DNA of 64,000 nt. Origin: a virus. Lineage: Duplodnaviria; Caudoviricetes. The position numbers were made by a program, and so were the translations under genes. The DNA lies in the IMG/VR virus record IMGVR_UViG_3300028888_001547, positions 32,001 through 96,000 of that record, one strand, 5' to 3'. A model generated the notes under the pieces. That model had not been told where the DNA came from. It saw only the letters and a list, made by a program, of their open reading frames with translations, and made no database searches. Below, piece by piece: positions 37,540 through 50,300 of this stretch. Numbering within the stretch: position 1 is the first letter of the stretch; each line of letters begins with the position of its first letter.

Positions 37540-39600
37540 TTAAAAGCTAAATAAAGGTATATCGTCTTTCACGTCGTTATCACCAGCATCCCAATAGCGC
37601 TAACTGAATAACGGCAATTCGAAGAGTTCAACCTGTTTGTTTTGTTCCTTTGCAGCTGATACTTTAACCTAGTATAGTTCTTCTCTATATATCATAACCA
37701 TACACAAAGCTATTAGACGGTCCACGTTTCGTTCTCCGTCATTCATTATTAGCTCTTCGATTAAAGGTTCGCTGTATACTCTTTCTAGATTAGGATGACC
37801 TTCTTCGTATTCTTCGAGAAGCCATTCTAGTATTTTTCCTTCTCCGTAGGCCCTAATCTGTTTTGTCATGTGACAGCCTTTTCGGCGCTGTACTTTACTG
37901 TCTTTAAAGACTTCCGTAATGATTTTATCTGGTTGATCAGCTAGCAGATAGTCACAGTGTTTGTTCGTGAAGTATGGGTAGATACCCTTACGTTCATTCT
38001 CGAACAACAGCCTGGCATTATAGAACATGAGAAGCTTTCTTACGTTCTCATAATATTCTTCTGCTGTGTCAGGCCTTCCTGTGTACTCTGCTACTATCAC
38101 GTCGTTCCAGGCTTCTCCTGCTTTAACGCGTTTAAAAATAAACGTCGATCCTAAGGAGTTAGTGAACGACTCGTCATGATCATACGGGTCGCAACCGCCA
38201 ATGTATAATCCGAATGGGGGATCTGGGATTGGGTATTCCCATATGACTACCGATCCGCTTGGTTTGTCATCTTTCTTTAATGGGTAAGTAGTTATATCAC
38301 CAGATTTCTTTTCATGTGCTTCAACGCCACCGTTACCATTCCATGAAAGATCCACAACGTGCTTCATATTCTAAAGCTTTTTGTTTGTCCTAATGCGGGT
38401 TAATTGATCCATCAGCATCTTACGAGGAAATATATTCTTACCAAGTTCCAGTACAGCCTCCTGTGGTTTGATAGGACGTTCAGATATAAATCTATCTATA
38501 GACTACTGACTGGCGCCCCCATCTTTAATTTTATTACGCTGATGAATGAGTTCTTCTATAGCAAGTTCTTTTATACTGTTTCCATCGGGATCCATTAAAG
38601 GTTGTCCTTGCTCATTATGTCCTTCCATATTACTCCAAGAAGGAACAAAGAATCCGCAATTAGTTTGTTCAGCTTTATCATCCCATATGTTTGGGAAGCT
38701 AAGAACATTGTATGCGTCTGGTTTATAGAACAGTTCCTTTAGACCATCAAAGCTACCTCCTTCAGTACCGCCGGTACCAAAACCAATCATTAGACCGAAA
38801 GCTTTACCATCGTCAGTTTCTACAGCAGGCTGTTCAATACGCCACGCTGTAAGTAGATTTGGGAATTTACCACCCTCCTCCCATAGTACAAGTTTACCAC
38901 GAGTACCACGAATACGTTCAGGGTCGTTCTTCAAAGTAATACCAGCTATACGTGACATATAACCTTGTTCGGTTTCTTTACCAAACTCATCTTTTACTTT
39001 GAAACCAGATACACGCTCCATACGAGTATTAACAAGACGTTGCTTAGACCATCCTGTGTGTTTGTCTATGAAATCCATGATCTACCATGCTTTTGTAAGC
39101 AATCCGTCGCCAGTTAAATACTTCTGCTCTGAAGCTACAGCAAAGTTTTGTGAACCTTTTATAAGTTCGTAATTACGAACAAGCATCGATGCTCCTTTGA
39201 AAGAGTATCCTCTTTGACGAGCTTTAAGTACAGCCATATGCTTTCCTTCATCTTCAGCTTGTTCTATAGCGTTGAAATAATAATAATCGTAGTCCCAGAA
39301 CCTCGGGAAGCCAAATATACGTTCACGACGTTTTCTTGTATTGCCGTATCTGTCAGTATATTCAACTTCGTCGAGCTTCATTATAGGACAGTAGTTTAAA
39401 TAAAAATAGTGGTAGCCTGTAATAGCATCCCCATCGGGAGCGACATAACCGTTTAGACAGCGATCAGTTTCGCGATCCCAATATTGTATATAATCGGTAG
39501 TTCCACGCGGCGCCAAAGTATAACATCCATTCTACTAGAAGAAGATGGCCGCATATCTAAATTTGTCAGAGTTTAAAATTTTCTTATTAAAGTCTACCAT
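37540..39600 (-). CDS. terL: Terminase large subunit (~686 aa)
   Basis: Walker A-like KARQRGYS, Walker B-like VLWEEGG, GTGG, nuclease GCDPYD and NVDR. Three ORFs joined by TAG. Confidence 0.92.
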
Positions 39601-39611
39601 AGTTTATTGTG

Positions 39612-41720
39612 TTATCCAAGAACAATAGGGAATTCTGCGGGGAACTATGATGTTTCTGGATCTCCCCACAAGAAGTATATTGTATTATCGTCAGGTTCAT
39701 TTAAAGCAAGATATTCGCTCTACTGCATGAATGCGTGATTATATCTATTAGATGATATCGGTGCCATTACGTTACCGTATATAAACGCTGTATATGTTAC
39801 AGATGTTGGAAGAGTCGTCTATATTGGAGTACACCACACGTTTCTAAGTACAAGATCTCCGAACGTAGCTTCCTCATAATACTGCATATTGTTTCCATAA
39901 ATAACGCCAGTCTCATCGTTTTCCCATGTGAATGAGATATGAGTTACTTTCTTTGCGTTGGTTTCATCCATAGAAACGTATGCCAAATATAAAGGTTCTT
40001 CTATAGAACCAGCAGCTACTACAGTCATGTTTCCGTGTATAGAAGATACTTGTCCTTGTATTTGATCTACAATATCATCTATCTCAGATTTAGTATATGA
40101 ATCGACAGTTTCAGCGTTTCCGTTTCTTACTTGGAATTGTGCTGTTCTATCATCATCCAGGGTTACAGTAAGAACGTTTATTCCTCCATTATCAGTAGAG
40201 GTAGTAGTCTGTACTACGCTCTTTATACCAATACCGTCGTCACCTTTATCGCCCTTGTCGCCCTTATCACCTTTGTCTCCAGTATCGCCTTTGTCGCCTT
40301 TAGGGCCTTGTTCACCTTTTGGGCCCTATGCACCATCTGCACCTCTGTCGCCTTTATCACCTTTAGGTCCTTGGATACCTTGGATACCTTGAATACCTTG
40401 ATCACCCTTATCACCTTTAGGTCCCTGAGCACCATCGGCACCTGTATCACCCTTATCTCCTTTATCGCCTTTATCACCTTTGATTCCTGCAGCACCGCTA
40501 AGTGTAGATATGTAATTAAAGCCACTGCTTGTCTTCATATACAATTTTCCATTATCTGTATATGAAGGATCGCTATTCGATATGATTACAAATTTATTTT
40601 CTGCAACGTTACCTGCATCGTCATTCATATCAGAAATAGACGAGTAGCTCTTATATATCGAGAATGGATCACCGGTATCTCCCTTAGGTCCTTGAGCTCC
40701 AGTAGGTCCTGCGGGACCCTATATTCCTTGTAAGCCTCGTTCACCCTAAATACCTTGTTCACCTTGAGGTCCCTACGCACCGGTAGCGCCAGTATCACCT
40801 TTTGGACCCTGAGCACCAGTTGCTCCTTGGACACCTTGTAAACCTTGTGATCCGGTATCTCCTTTAGGTCCTTTTGCAACTACACCAGTAGATGTATAAG
40901 ATGTTCCACCATTAGTAGATACTTCCCATTCAAGGGTTGTTGGGTTTATTCTAATAAGAGGTGTTGTACCATCGTTTCCACGAGCTTTAACTTGAGTATC
41001 GGTACTTCCAACAAACCAGTTGCCGTTCATTCCGATAGTTGGAGAAACGCCATCAGTACCATTATCTCCTTTAGGACCTTTTAAGGCAGCTAGTTGCTGT
41101 GGTGTAAAATCTTCATATGTAAAATCATGACCAGATTGTCCTTCAGCACCCTATGCTCTTACTCCAGTATCTGTATCGCCTATAAACCAATGTCCGGATT
41201 GGGAATCAATATGCGGAGTTACACCATCTTGACCATCTGCACCGTCTGTACCATCACGACCAGGAGCACCTTGTTCACCCTATTCACCAGTAAGACCGCG
41301 CTCTCCAGGTTCTCCTTTGGGACCTTTAAGCGCTTCTAACTATTCTTCTGTGAAATCTTCGTACGTAAAAGGATCTCCAGTCTCTCCCTGCTCACCTTTT
41401 TCGCCAGTTTCTCCTTTATCACCTTTATCTCCTTTGTCACCCTTTTCTCCCTTAAGGCCAGCTTCGCTAATTGCCTTAGCAATCATTGTTGCAATCTCTT
41501 CAGAATCTATATTAGAATCATCAGAGTTACAGCATCTTCCTTTGTTTTGAAGTACAAGGTTGAGCGTAGCATTAGCATCAAGTATATCGCCTTCTTTAAA
41601 TGCAGGGTGACTAGGCGGATAATTACCGATGAGCACATTTGGATGCATATCTCTTCTGGCAGATGTGCCAAACTATGCAAGATCCTTAAGTGCTTGTTTT
41701 TTCTTTATACCTAATATCAT
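39612..41720 (-). CDS. Collagen-like fibre protein (~702 aa)
   Basis: Gly-X-Y tracts (GDK, GAQGPK) and FTYEDFT motifs. TAG falls at positions that are Gln in neighbouring repeats. Confidence 0.8.
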
Positions 41721-41734
41721 ACAGCTTCAGTATT

Positions 41735-42205
41735 TTAAGATTCAGTTGGTGTTATGATTGCTTCAAGCGCTTCGATTCTAGCTATAAGGCTTGCAATATC
41801 CGGTGTGTTGATCAAATCGGTATATGAACCCGATGTTGCTACAGTAGCGAGATCTGCACTATTTGCTTTAGCCTGGTTCAATGCTTGTTCTGCTGCTTCA
41901 GCTCTCTCCTGTTCGGCATCTACATCATCTTTACGATCCTAAATTTCGTCATCGATCTTTTTGTTTAAAGCATCTTCGGCAGCTTTAGCTCTAGCTTCTT
42001 CTCCATGAGCATACTCGTCAAGCTCACGAATATTATCGTGTTGAGCATGCGAGTTGTTTACAATAACATCAATTGTTTTATTAGCGTCCCAAAATTCAGC
42101 AACGTGTTGTTTGCCGTTGTCTGAAATTACGGCTTTTGGCATAAATTCTGTACGAATATGAGTGCCAGTACTTACAAGGTCTTTAAGTAATACTTTTCTT
42201 TCCAT
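41735..42205 (-). CDS. Short fibre-like coiled-coil protein (~156 aa)
   Basis: EEARAKAAE and LATVATSGSYTDL motifs. N-terminus LKDLVSTGT resembles LKDLAQFGT of the collagen protein. Confidence 0.6.
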
Positions 42206-42213
42206 ATTATATA

Positions 42214-42726
42214 TTACATTTCGTAGAGGCCTATAACACCTCCACCTTTAACTTTACCTGTCTCTAACTACTCAGCCTTAGCCTATTTCATAGCCACATC
42301 TAGAGACTTAACTATGTTTCCGACATCCTTTAAAATACGTGTTACTTTAATAGCGGTGTCTATGTCCATATTACCCTACGAGTAGTCATTTAGGGCAGCT
42401 ATCAGCCCCTCCGCTGCAGTCTATGATGCCGCAAGCAATCTTGTTCCTGGAGTTTCTTGAAACTCCGTAAAGCGCTACGCTAGCTGTTTTACCTATGCAG
42501 TGGGTTCATATTTTTCATCATGAAATACATCCTTTGCTACGATAGAAGCCCGTTCCGACATAGGGTACGCTTCATATGGTGTATTCCATTTATAAAGCCA
42601 TATTACATATTCGATCTCCTTCAACGCCTAAGACTTATCCTCAGCACCATTGAAATGATCTCTAAATGGCGGTATGGCTAAGTCTTCGGTGTTGAGAGAT
42701 ATTTTATTACCTTTTATATCAAACAT
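42214..42726 (-). CDS. Conserved crAss protein, candidate terminase small subunit (~170 aa); absent from the ORF track
   Basis: Manual translation MFDIKGNK...LAIPPF...KVKGGGVIGLYEM with 7 TAGs. TerS role is inferred from size, helical character and position. Confidence 0.55.
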
Positions 42727-43114
42727 AAAAGCTCAGTATTTTTTCAAGCATCTTATACATACGTTGTACAAGATACCCAATAAGGTAGGCGGCTGTTTCA
42801 GAGTCTTCGTCTATGCTGTAATATTCACATACGTGTGACTATACATGTTTAGCTTCATGTATTGCAGTATTAACAAACTAACTAACGTTTGTAGTTTTGC
42901 CTATACACACAATGCTCATCTTATAGTCAGTATTACTAAAAGTAAATCCGGTATTCTTTCTACCGAGCGCGTTATACGCAGCAATTATATGCTTTTTTGG
43001 ACAATCTAATTGCAGTAACGAATCTTCTATTTCTGCAAAGTCTTCTCGTCCTGCGTTATAGTACACTAAAACATTCCAACCTTTATTTCCTAGTTGTATA
43101 TATTGTGCTGCCAT
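42719..43114 (-). CDS. Small zincin-like metalloprotein (~131 aa)
   Basis: After the TAG at 42878: AIHEAKHV...SETAAYLIG (HEXXH plus distal Glu). Confidence 0.65.
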
Positions 43115-43122
43115 AACGAAGA

Positions 43123-43617
43123 TTATTGTTTATTTTTTAATAAGGATTCAAGTCTATCTAATGTATCCTGTATACTATCTACTCTCTATGAAAGATCTGT
43201 TATAGCGCTATCCCGTTCTTGCTCTTTAGCATATACTGGATTTAATGTCTTAAGGATCTTTTCATAAGCTACCATATCAGATTTACGCTTATCCATACTA
43301 TCCAATATGTCTTTATTTGATTGTAGAAGCCCGTCTACTTCCGATATCATAGCCTCTTTACTTTCACTAAGAGTATAATCACCATAAGTATGTAATGACA
43401 GACTTGCTGGTACACAGAATTCTTTCTTCTCATCGTCTACGCGTGTCGTTATATCTACTACAGTCTACATATTAGTACCAAGACTAACTGAAGGATTGTA
43501 AGTAGGATACATTGGGCGTGGTGTAGATACATTTTCAACGTACCCGATCTTTACTTCGGGCGTACTCGTCCTATCTAGTATATAGATAGTGGAGCCATTT
43601 CTAAGTGTAGAAAACAT
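43123..43617 (-). CDS. Hypothetical protein (~164 aa); absent from the ORF track
   Basis: MFSTLRNGSTIYILD...LNPVYAKEQERD; two TAGs; TAA at 43123. Confidence 0.65.
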
Positions 43618-43635
43618 AATAATAATTATGCTGTA

Positions 43636-43653
43636 CAGGGGCCGAAGCCCCTG
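43636..43653 (-). terminator. cUUCGg-tetraloop hairpin (stabiliser or terminator)
   Basis: Minus strand CAGGGG-CTTCGG-CCCCTG, intergenic. Confidence 0.55.
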
Positions 43654-43668
43654 AGAGCATATTTTACA

Positions 43669-43974
43669 TCACGCGAAGCGACGACGCATACGGAGACCGC
43701 GGCTTCTATGACCCATACGTTTCATATAAGACTTAATCCCGCTCTCTTCGTCATCGTGGCGGTATTCTTTATCTGATTCAGTTACACCACGAAGGCTCAT
43801 CTCGCCTTCTTCAAGTGAACGTTCTTGTTCATCCATTGACGCATCGTAACAATCGTACATAGCGTTCTCTAACTCACACAAAGTAAGCTTAGTCTTTTTA
43901 GCATTCAGCTTAGCTTCGTCAAGTAGTTCAAACGCTGTCTCATACGCAGCGTCACGCATTTCAATAACTACCAT
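43669..43974 (-). CDS. Hypothetical protein with Arg-rich C-terminus
   Basis: Intact 101-aa ORF within the operon. Confidence 0.6.
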   Translation of the reverse strand: MVVIEMRDAAYETAFELLDEAKLNAKKTKLTLCELENAMYDCYDASMDEQERSLEEGEMSLRGVTESDKEYRHDDEESGIKSYMKRMGHRSRGLRMRRRFA

Positions 43975-44000
43975 AATTTAATAATGTTAAAATGTTAATA

Positions 44001-44333
44001 TTAAGCTGCTACAGCAGAGGTTATCTGCAGTATGCCATTAAATCGATCGTTGAAGACCGTAATAATACCTGTGCCTGTTAAATCGGCAGCGGTTACAGGG
44101 GTTCCATTGAAGAAAGTAAGCGGTCTAGCTGTACCATTCAATGTGAGGGTTATAGGTAATGTCCCTGTAGTACCCTCAGGAATAGCATCCTAGATACGAA
44201 CTGTAAAGTAACCAACAGGTTGAATACGACGGAAACCTAAAGCAAAGTCTACCGCTGTATCAGTTACAGTTACGTTAGTTGTGCTTAAGTATGGAACTCC
44301 ATTTACGTTTGTAGTTACATTAAAGCACCCCAT
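44001..44333 (-). CDS. Small beta-rich hypothetical protein (~110 aa)
   Basis: ATG 44333 (MGCFNVTTN); one TAG; AIPEGTTGTLPI; TAA at 44001. Confidence 0.6.
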
Positions 44334-44344
44334 ATCACTTACTA

Positions 44345-45235
44345 TTAAAATGAAACATTGTTGCTCCAACCATTCCAACCACCGTAGAAACCTCCCATGT
44401 ATGGAGTAGTATTAACTGCGGTCAGTTGAGGCCACTGTACAGGTACTGTATTAGGCTGTGAAGCCTTAATAGTTGCGAGCTCAGTAGCAACATTATTAAA
44501 TTTCTCGTTAATAAATGCAGTCTGGCGGTCATTGTTTATATTAGAACGCAACAGAGCATTGTCAGCTGTCAAAGAGTTGATCTTATCCTGCAGCTCTCTC
44601 TTTTCGAGATCACAGAACTTGTCGTTGATCATTACACTCTGACTCTGTATTGCATCTACGATGTTGCGAGTATTACGCTCAGCCTGTGTGCTCAGCGTGT
44701 TTGTTTGCTGACATACTGCAAGCTGATCGGCTGCTTGATTTGCGGCCATCTGAGACTGCAGTGCGTTGGTCTGGTTGGCAATAGCCAAACGATTCTCACA
44801 GCAGCACTGACAGATCTGGCTTGCTATAGATGCATTACCACTCTGGATAGCGTTCTAAATTTGCAATCCGCTCATGCCCACCTGAGTACCAACAGAAGTA
44901 ATAGCGTTGTTGAGAGTAAAGATACCATTCTGTACAGTGTTTATTTCTGTGTTCAGAAGACCAGCAAGGTCACGAATAGCGTTACCATTACCCTGGATAG
45001 CATTCATAAGCAGTTCACGACCAGAGTCGTTAGCAATCTGGTTAGAGAGGAATCCGTTATTACCGTTTCCGCCCCAGTTACCATTGCCACCCCAGCCCCA
45101 AATAAGCCAGAGGAACAGAATCCATATCCAATTGTTACCACCAAATCCACCATTATTGTTAAGAGCCATAAGCAGATTCGGATCAATACTGTTACTTCCC
45201 ATCTCAGGGAACATCATAATTTTAGAACTTTCCAT
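44345..45235 (-). CDS. Membrane-anchored Gly/Trp-rich, CCC-motif coiled-coil protein (~296 aa)
   Basis: GGNNWIWILFLWLIWGWGGNG and QICQCCCENR. ORFs 44855 and 44345 are joined by TAG. Confidence 0.7.
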
Positions 45236-45306
45236 AGTTTTATTTATCGTTGATAATTAATAGTTTGTTGTTGATAATCCGCATTGTACAGCGCGGAAAC
45301 TGTTTG

Positions 45307-45409
45307 CGCGTGGTGACGGAATCGAACCGCCAACAGGTGCCTCCTTCACTTGCCGCCACAACGCGTTTGCAAGCACTTGTCTCCCGCTTTACCATTAAGC
45401 TAACCACGC
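45307..45409 (-). ncRNA. tRNA-like RNA with canonical acceptor, D and T arms but an enlarged, non-canonical anticodon region
   Basis: GCGTGGT/ACCACGC acceptor; GCTT-AATGGTA-AAGC D arm; GGCGG-TTCGATT-CCGTC T arm; ~54-nt middle region. Confidence 0.7.
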
Positions 45410-45443
45410 AATCCCTATTTTAGACAGTTAGGGTTCTGTTATA

Positions 45444-47342
45444 TTATGAAGATAGTTCAGACATTGCTGACGCTTTACTACTCCAGTATTGAGCTGATTG
45501 ATATGCCGATAACGTACCAGCAGGAACTTTAATATATGTCATACCTCCCAAAGCATTCTAGTTAGCCAAAGTTGGAGGTGTGGTAGCCAGTACAGTTAAT
45601 TTAACACCTTTTGTTCCGTATAGGAAATTTTCACCTATTTCAGTAACGCCAGCGGGTATTGTTAACTCTAAGTTACTACTACCACAATAAGAAAACATGC
45701 CTGATGGCAATTTTGTTATATTCGGGTTTAATGTTGCTGACGACAGCGCCGTACAGGATGCAAATTGACTACCTGTCCCGTATCCTGCATTATAAAACAA
45801 AGACTGTTCTGATATATTAGACAAATCTACACTTTGCAAACTTGTACATTCTTGAAAACAATTTGCACCAAGAGCGATATCCGCATTAAATACAATAGAC
45901 TGTAACGATTTAGCCTTCTAAATACCTTTGTGGCCTATAGTACCACCACCTAAAAATTCTATAGACTATACGTTTGAATTTTCAAAACTTTGCATACCTA
46001 TAGATACTCCATCTTTAAACTAAACGCTTGTTGGAATATTAGTACCACTAAAGGCCGTCATACCAAAATTAGAAACTTTATCCAAGTTTGTAAACGTACA
46101 ATTTTTACAATTTCTAAACGCACTATTTTGTATAGTTGTAGTATTTGCAAAATCAAACGTGCTTGCTAAATTAGTACACCCTTCGAATGCGCTTGCACCA
46201 ATAGACGTTATTCCGCTAACACCTGTAAGAGTAGTAAGATTTGAACAATCTCTAAAAGCTTCTTTATTGATCTGGGTAACTCCTGTTATATCAAGTTGAC
46301 GTAAACTTGTACAAGATTTAAAACATGAGTTAGGTATTGTGTGTCCAACAATATTAGACCAATCTATATCAACTGCTGTTAGAGATGTACAGCCGTTAAA
46401 ACAATCATTACTAATTGTTGTTACATTTGATAAACCAGTAAGCGTAGTTAACGATGAACAGTTCTTAAATGCTTCACCATTCATGGTAGTAACACCAGAT
46501 AATCCGGTTATACTAGACAAATTTGTACAATTTATAAAACAGGTCGCTGGAATTTTATGCGTGTTTGAAGATACATTTATTGACGTAATAAGAGTACATC
46601 CACTGAAATCACTGCCTTCATTATTACTTGTGCCTAACAAAAACTATACATTAGTAAAATTATTACTTGTCAGTTTACTACAATTTTCAAATGATCTCTA
46701 CGCTAATGTTATCTCTCCTGAAAGTCCAGATATAGTCTCTAGATTACTACAACCTCTAAACGCAGACGCTCCTATTTTTTCAAGGCTGCTACTTGCAATA
46801 ACCGTTTTTAACGCAGTACATCCCCAAAATGTTGGATCATTCACATATGTATGTTCATGTCCAATCATCGTAAGATTACTAATATCTATCTCTTCAAGAG
46901 CCGTCCAATCTTTAAAACTATAATAACTAGTTCCTTGTCCGTTCCAACCTCCACTAGAAGATGCTGTTATATTAGTAAAATATCTAAACTCATTAAACTT
47001 AGTAACAGTTGTATTAGCAGTACTTGAATATATGCTAGTAGCGGCTGCAGCCTATGATTCAGTAACCATACCATTGCTACCTACACCTATAGAGTTCAAA
47101 TAAGTAACTATGTTAGGATCTTCAAACTCCATGGCATAATCATCTGCATTGATGTATAGACTAGGATATGTAGATGTCAACCATTGGATTTGGCTTCGTA
47201 TTCCTACAGCACTATGTAATCTACCCTACAAATTACTAGACACATCAAGTCCAGCATGAGCAATCTCATATAGTTTAGTAATCATAGAAGAACTTACTTC
47301 TTCAATTACTCCATTATTTTGTTCTATTCTTAAATGTGTCAT
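45444..47342 (-). CDS. BspA-type leucine-rich repeat (LRR_5) protein (~632 aa)
   Basis: Repeated AFxxCxxLxxI units, FNEFRYFT motif, C-terminal IKVPAGTLSAYQSA..W. Confidence 0.8.
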
Positions 47343-47344
47343 AG

Positions 47345-50300
47345 TTAATTCTCAGTTATTTTATCAAATGTACTAAACGACTTATTATTTGGAATATTTA
47401 CAAGATCCAAAGAATCAAGATTTGCGTAACTATCTACAACAACTCCAGCAGGAGTAAGTACAGTAGGATTAATCAAACTAATACTAGTAGGAGTACCAAC
47501 TTCATATTTAGTAACCTTAGTTCCAGTAGGTACTAATACATTAACTGTAGTACCACTAGCGTCTACCTAAGTCAATTCAGAACATGCAGTAAGATCAATA
47601 TTACCAGTCAGGCCTGTACAGTTCTAAATAGACAACGTCTGTAAACTTGCCATATTAGAGAAGTTTACTTGAGTCTTATCATTATCTTGTATACTATTAG
47701 AAGTATTGGTGAGACTAGCAAATCCGTCAAGAATAATACCAGTTACATTTGGTAAATACTTAAACAAATATGAACCATTTGCAGTAACCAAATTAGGTAA
47801 CGTACTTACATAGTTAGTAAAGTCTATAGTTCCATTCAACGCATACAAATCCATCTTATAAATATAGTTACGTCCAATAGAAGAACCAAACTGTGTAGTA
47901 TAAGCATCGTTTATAGGATTATACAGCACCTGGTTACTTTGTACAATAGAAAGTACATCGTCAGATACAACAAGAGTAGCAGTTGCTGTTATTTCCTTAC
48001 CAGATACAAATCTGGTAACAGCGCTTACTGTATAGAACTCCATAGCATCGTTAGCTGGCATTGCTGCGTCGCAAGAGATGCGTACACCGTGTTTGTTAGT
48101 ATAAGAAGAAGCTGTAATATAATCATCATACAGTTCAGCAAGACCGGCTCCATTACCACCATCAACATAACTTACAGTAGTATTATCCGAGTTACGTTTA
48201 ACGTAATATGTTATTTTATTTACTGTACCTGTGTATGTATCATTTGTATCTACAAAAAACCTAGCACGTTGTCCAGATTGATAGAACTCTATATAATTAC
48301 TTACAGACCTAGGAGCAGCCTATCCTTCATTCTCAATATTAATAAACTGTGATGTAGGATATGTGGCAGCTTGTATGTGGATTACTGTAGAATAATTTAC
48401 ACCTTCGACAGAGCATGTTACCTACACATCGTAATTTGCACCTTCATTAGATTCAGTAGATGTAATATATGCGATTCCATCAACACTCTAATCTTGCTAA
48501 ATTACAGTAAGACCTTTATATCTTCCATAAGACTCGGCGCTCCCTACGGGTCCAATAGCCCATGCGTATTGAGTAGTGTCATCTTCAGCAAGTGAGAATC
48601 TAGTAGCATTAAGTGATGCAGAATTACCTTCCGTAAGAGTAACACCACCTTGTTGATCGATAATAACATTACCACCGATATTAATCTGTACATAATTCCT
48701 CTTATGGTCTACAACAAGACCTGAAGAATTCTTGGTGAATACCGTATCGCCAAACCAACTCTTAATGTTGTTCAATTGTTGAGATGTAAGTTCTGCTCCT
48801 GTGTCTTTGAGTACAACGTAACCTTTTAAGTTTCTTGCATTATTAAGCTGTGCTATAAGAGCAAGTTCATCATATGTAAGAAGATTAATTGCACCAACGG
48901 TATCGTCTCTCCAGTCAATCTTATCCATCTCCAGAGTATACTGGCTAAGATCGGCGTTAGCATCAACAAGATTGTTCAACCAACTACGAACCATCTCCAC
49001 CGACTCAGGAGTTTTACCTGTTGTACCAAGAAGAGATATTTCGTGTACTGTAGTAGGAACTCCACTGCATTTAGTAAATGTAGCTGCGTTATTGCTTCCC
49101 ACTTCAGAATGCCAGAACTCAAGAGTCTGCCAAGACGAGTTGTTTACATAGAATCTATATACCGTATCAGGAATCTCAATCTTAGAGAATGTATTACCTG
49201 ATTCTGAACTATAGAAGTTAGTAAGACCTGAACCTAATGCAAGTACTTGTGAAAGCTCTGTCAAGTTGTTATTATAGATAAGAGCATTGGTATCTGTCTG
49301 ATTACGCTGTCCTCTAATGTTCAAAGACTGCAGGTTAGCAAGAGTATTGGCGTTTGCTTGGATCTGACAACCAAGTACAGCAACAGTACCTGTGAGAGTA
49401 TCACCACTTCCGCTTGTTGTTATACCTACATTTATTCGTTTGATCGGAGAACCAAGTACTTCAGAGTATGCACCGTCAAGCGTTACACCATCGAGACCAA
49501 GTGCTATTTCACTAAGGTCTATCTCTTCCATAAAGTTAGCGCCGTATACAGTAACAGGGTTCTTTGTGTTAGATCCACCAGCAAGATCTCCATATCCTGT
49601 ACCCATGTTATGGGTAAAGATATTACTTTTAGATACATTGAGTGTCGGTCCCCAAGGAGCACCTTCTTTATATATACTCATGTATGTATCCTTTGTTGGA
49701 GTAATTCTGATGGTCTGATTAGATCCCTCCGTTACGTTAGCACGAATATAGATGTAGTGGCTCTTATATTCACCACAGAACCATTTGGCATCGTAGTAGT
49801 CCATAGAGTTGCTCAACCACCAGTGACGGTGAGTCATACGAGAACCCTACAACCAACTCAACCAAGTTGGGTCTCCATTACCAGATTCGATATATTTAAA
49901 GAATCCAGACTTGTTATACATTAACTCGCACCATGCGGCAGCATAATCCTGATCAAACAGTGTTGAAATATTATCATATGTAAGACCTGCATTATACAAG
50001 GCATCTGCTACTTTAGGTACAACTGTATTTGCCCAATATGGCCAAGCCTCAAGAGCATCGAATAGCCAGTTTGATGTTACAACATTTCCGTTATTATCTG
50101 CACTTCTACCAGAGAATGCATACGTAGTAACAGATCCTGGAAGTTTTGTATTACGATCAATAGGAGGCTCGTAAGCAATACCACCATCGTTCTTATTACC
50201 GAGGGCAATATCCATATCCCAAGGCTCATAGTGGAAGTGAACGCCATCGTATGTCTTGATCTGAGCGTTACGTTCCAAAGAGTCGACGAGACCGAATCTC

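Noticed and set aside
40230-41460. Tandem 9-bp-type repeats resembling a repeat array or CRISPR
   Set aside because: They encode collagen Gly-X-Y triplets and have no repeat-spacer structure.
45444-47342. LRR gene as a diversity-generating retroelement target
   Set aside because: No reverse transcriptase or template/variable repeat pair was seen in the window.
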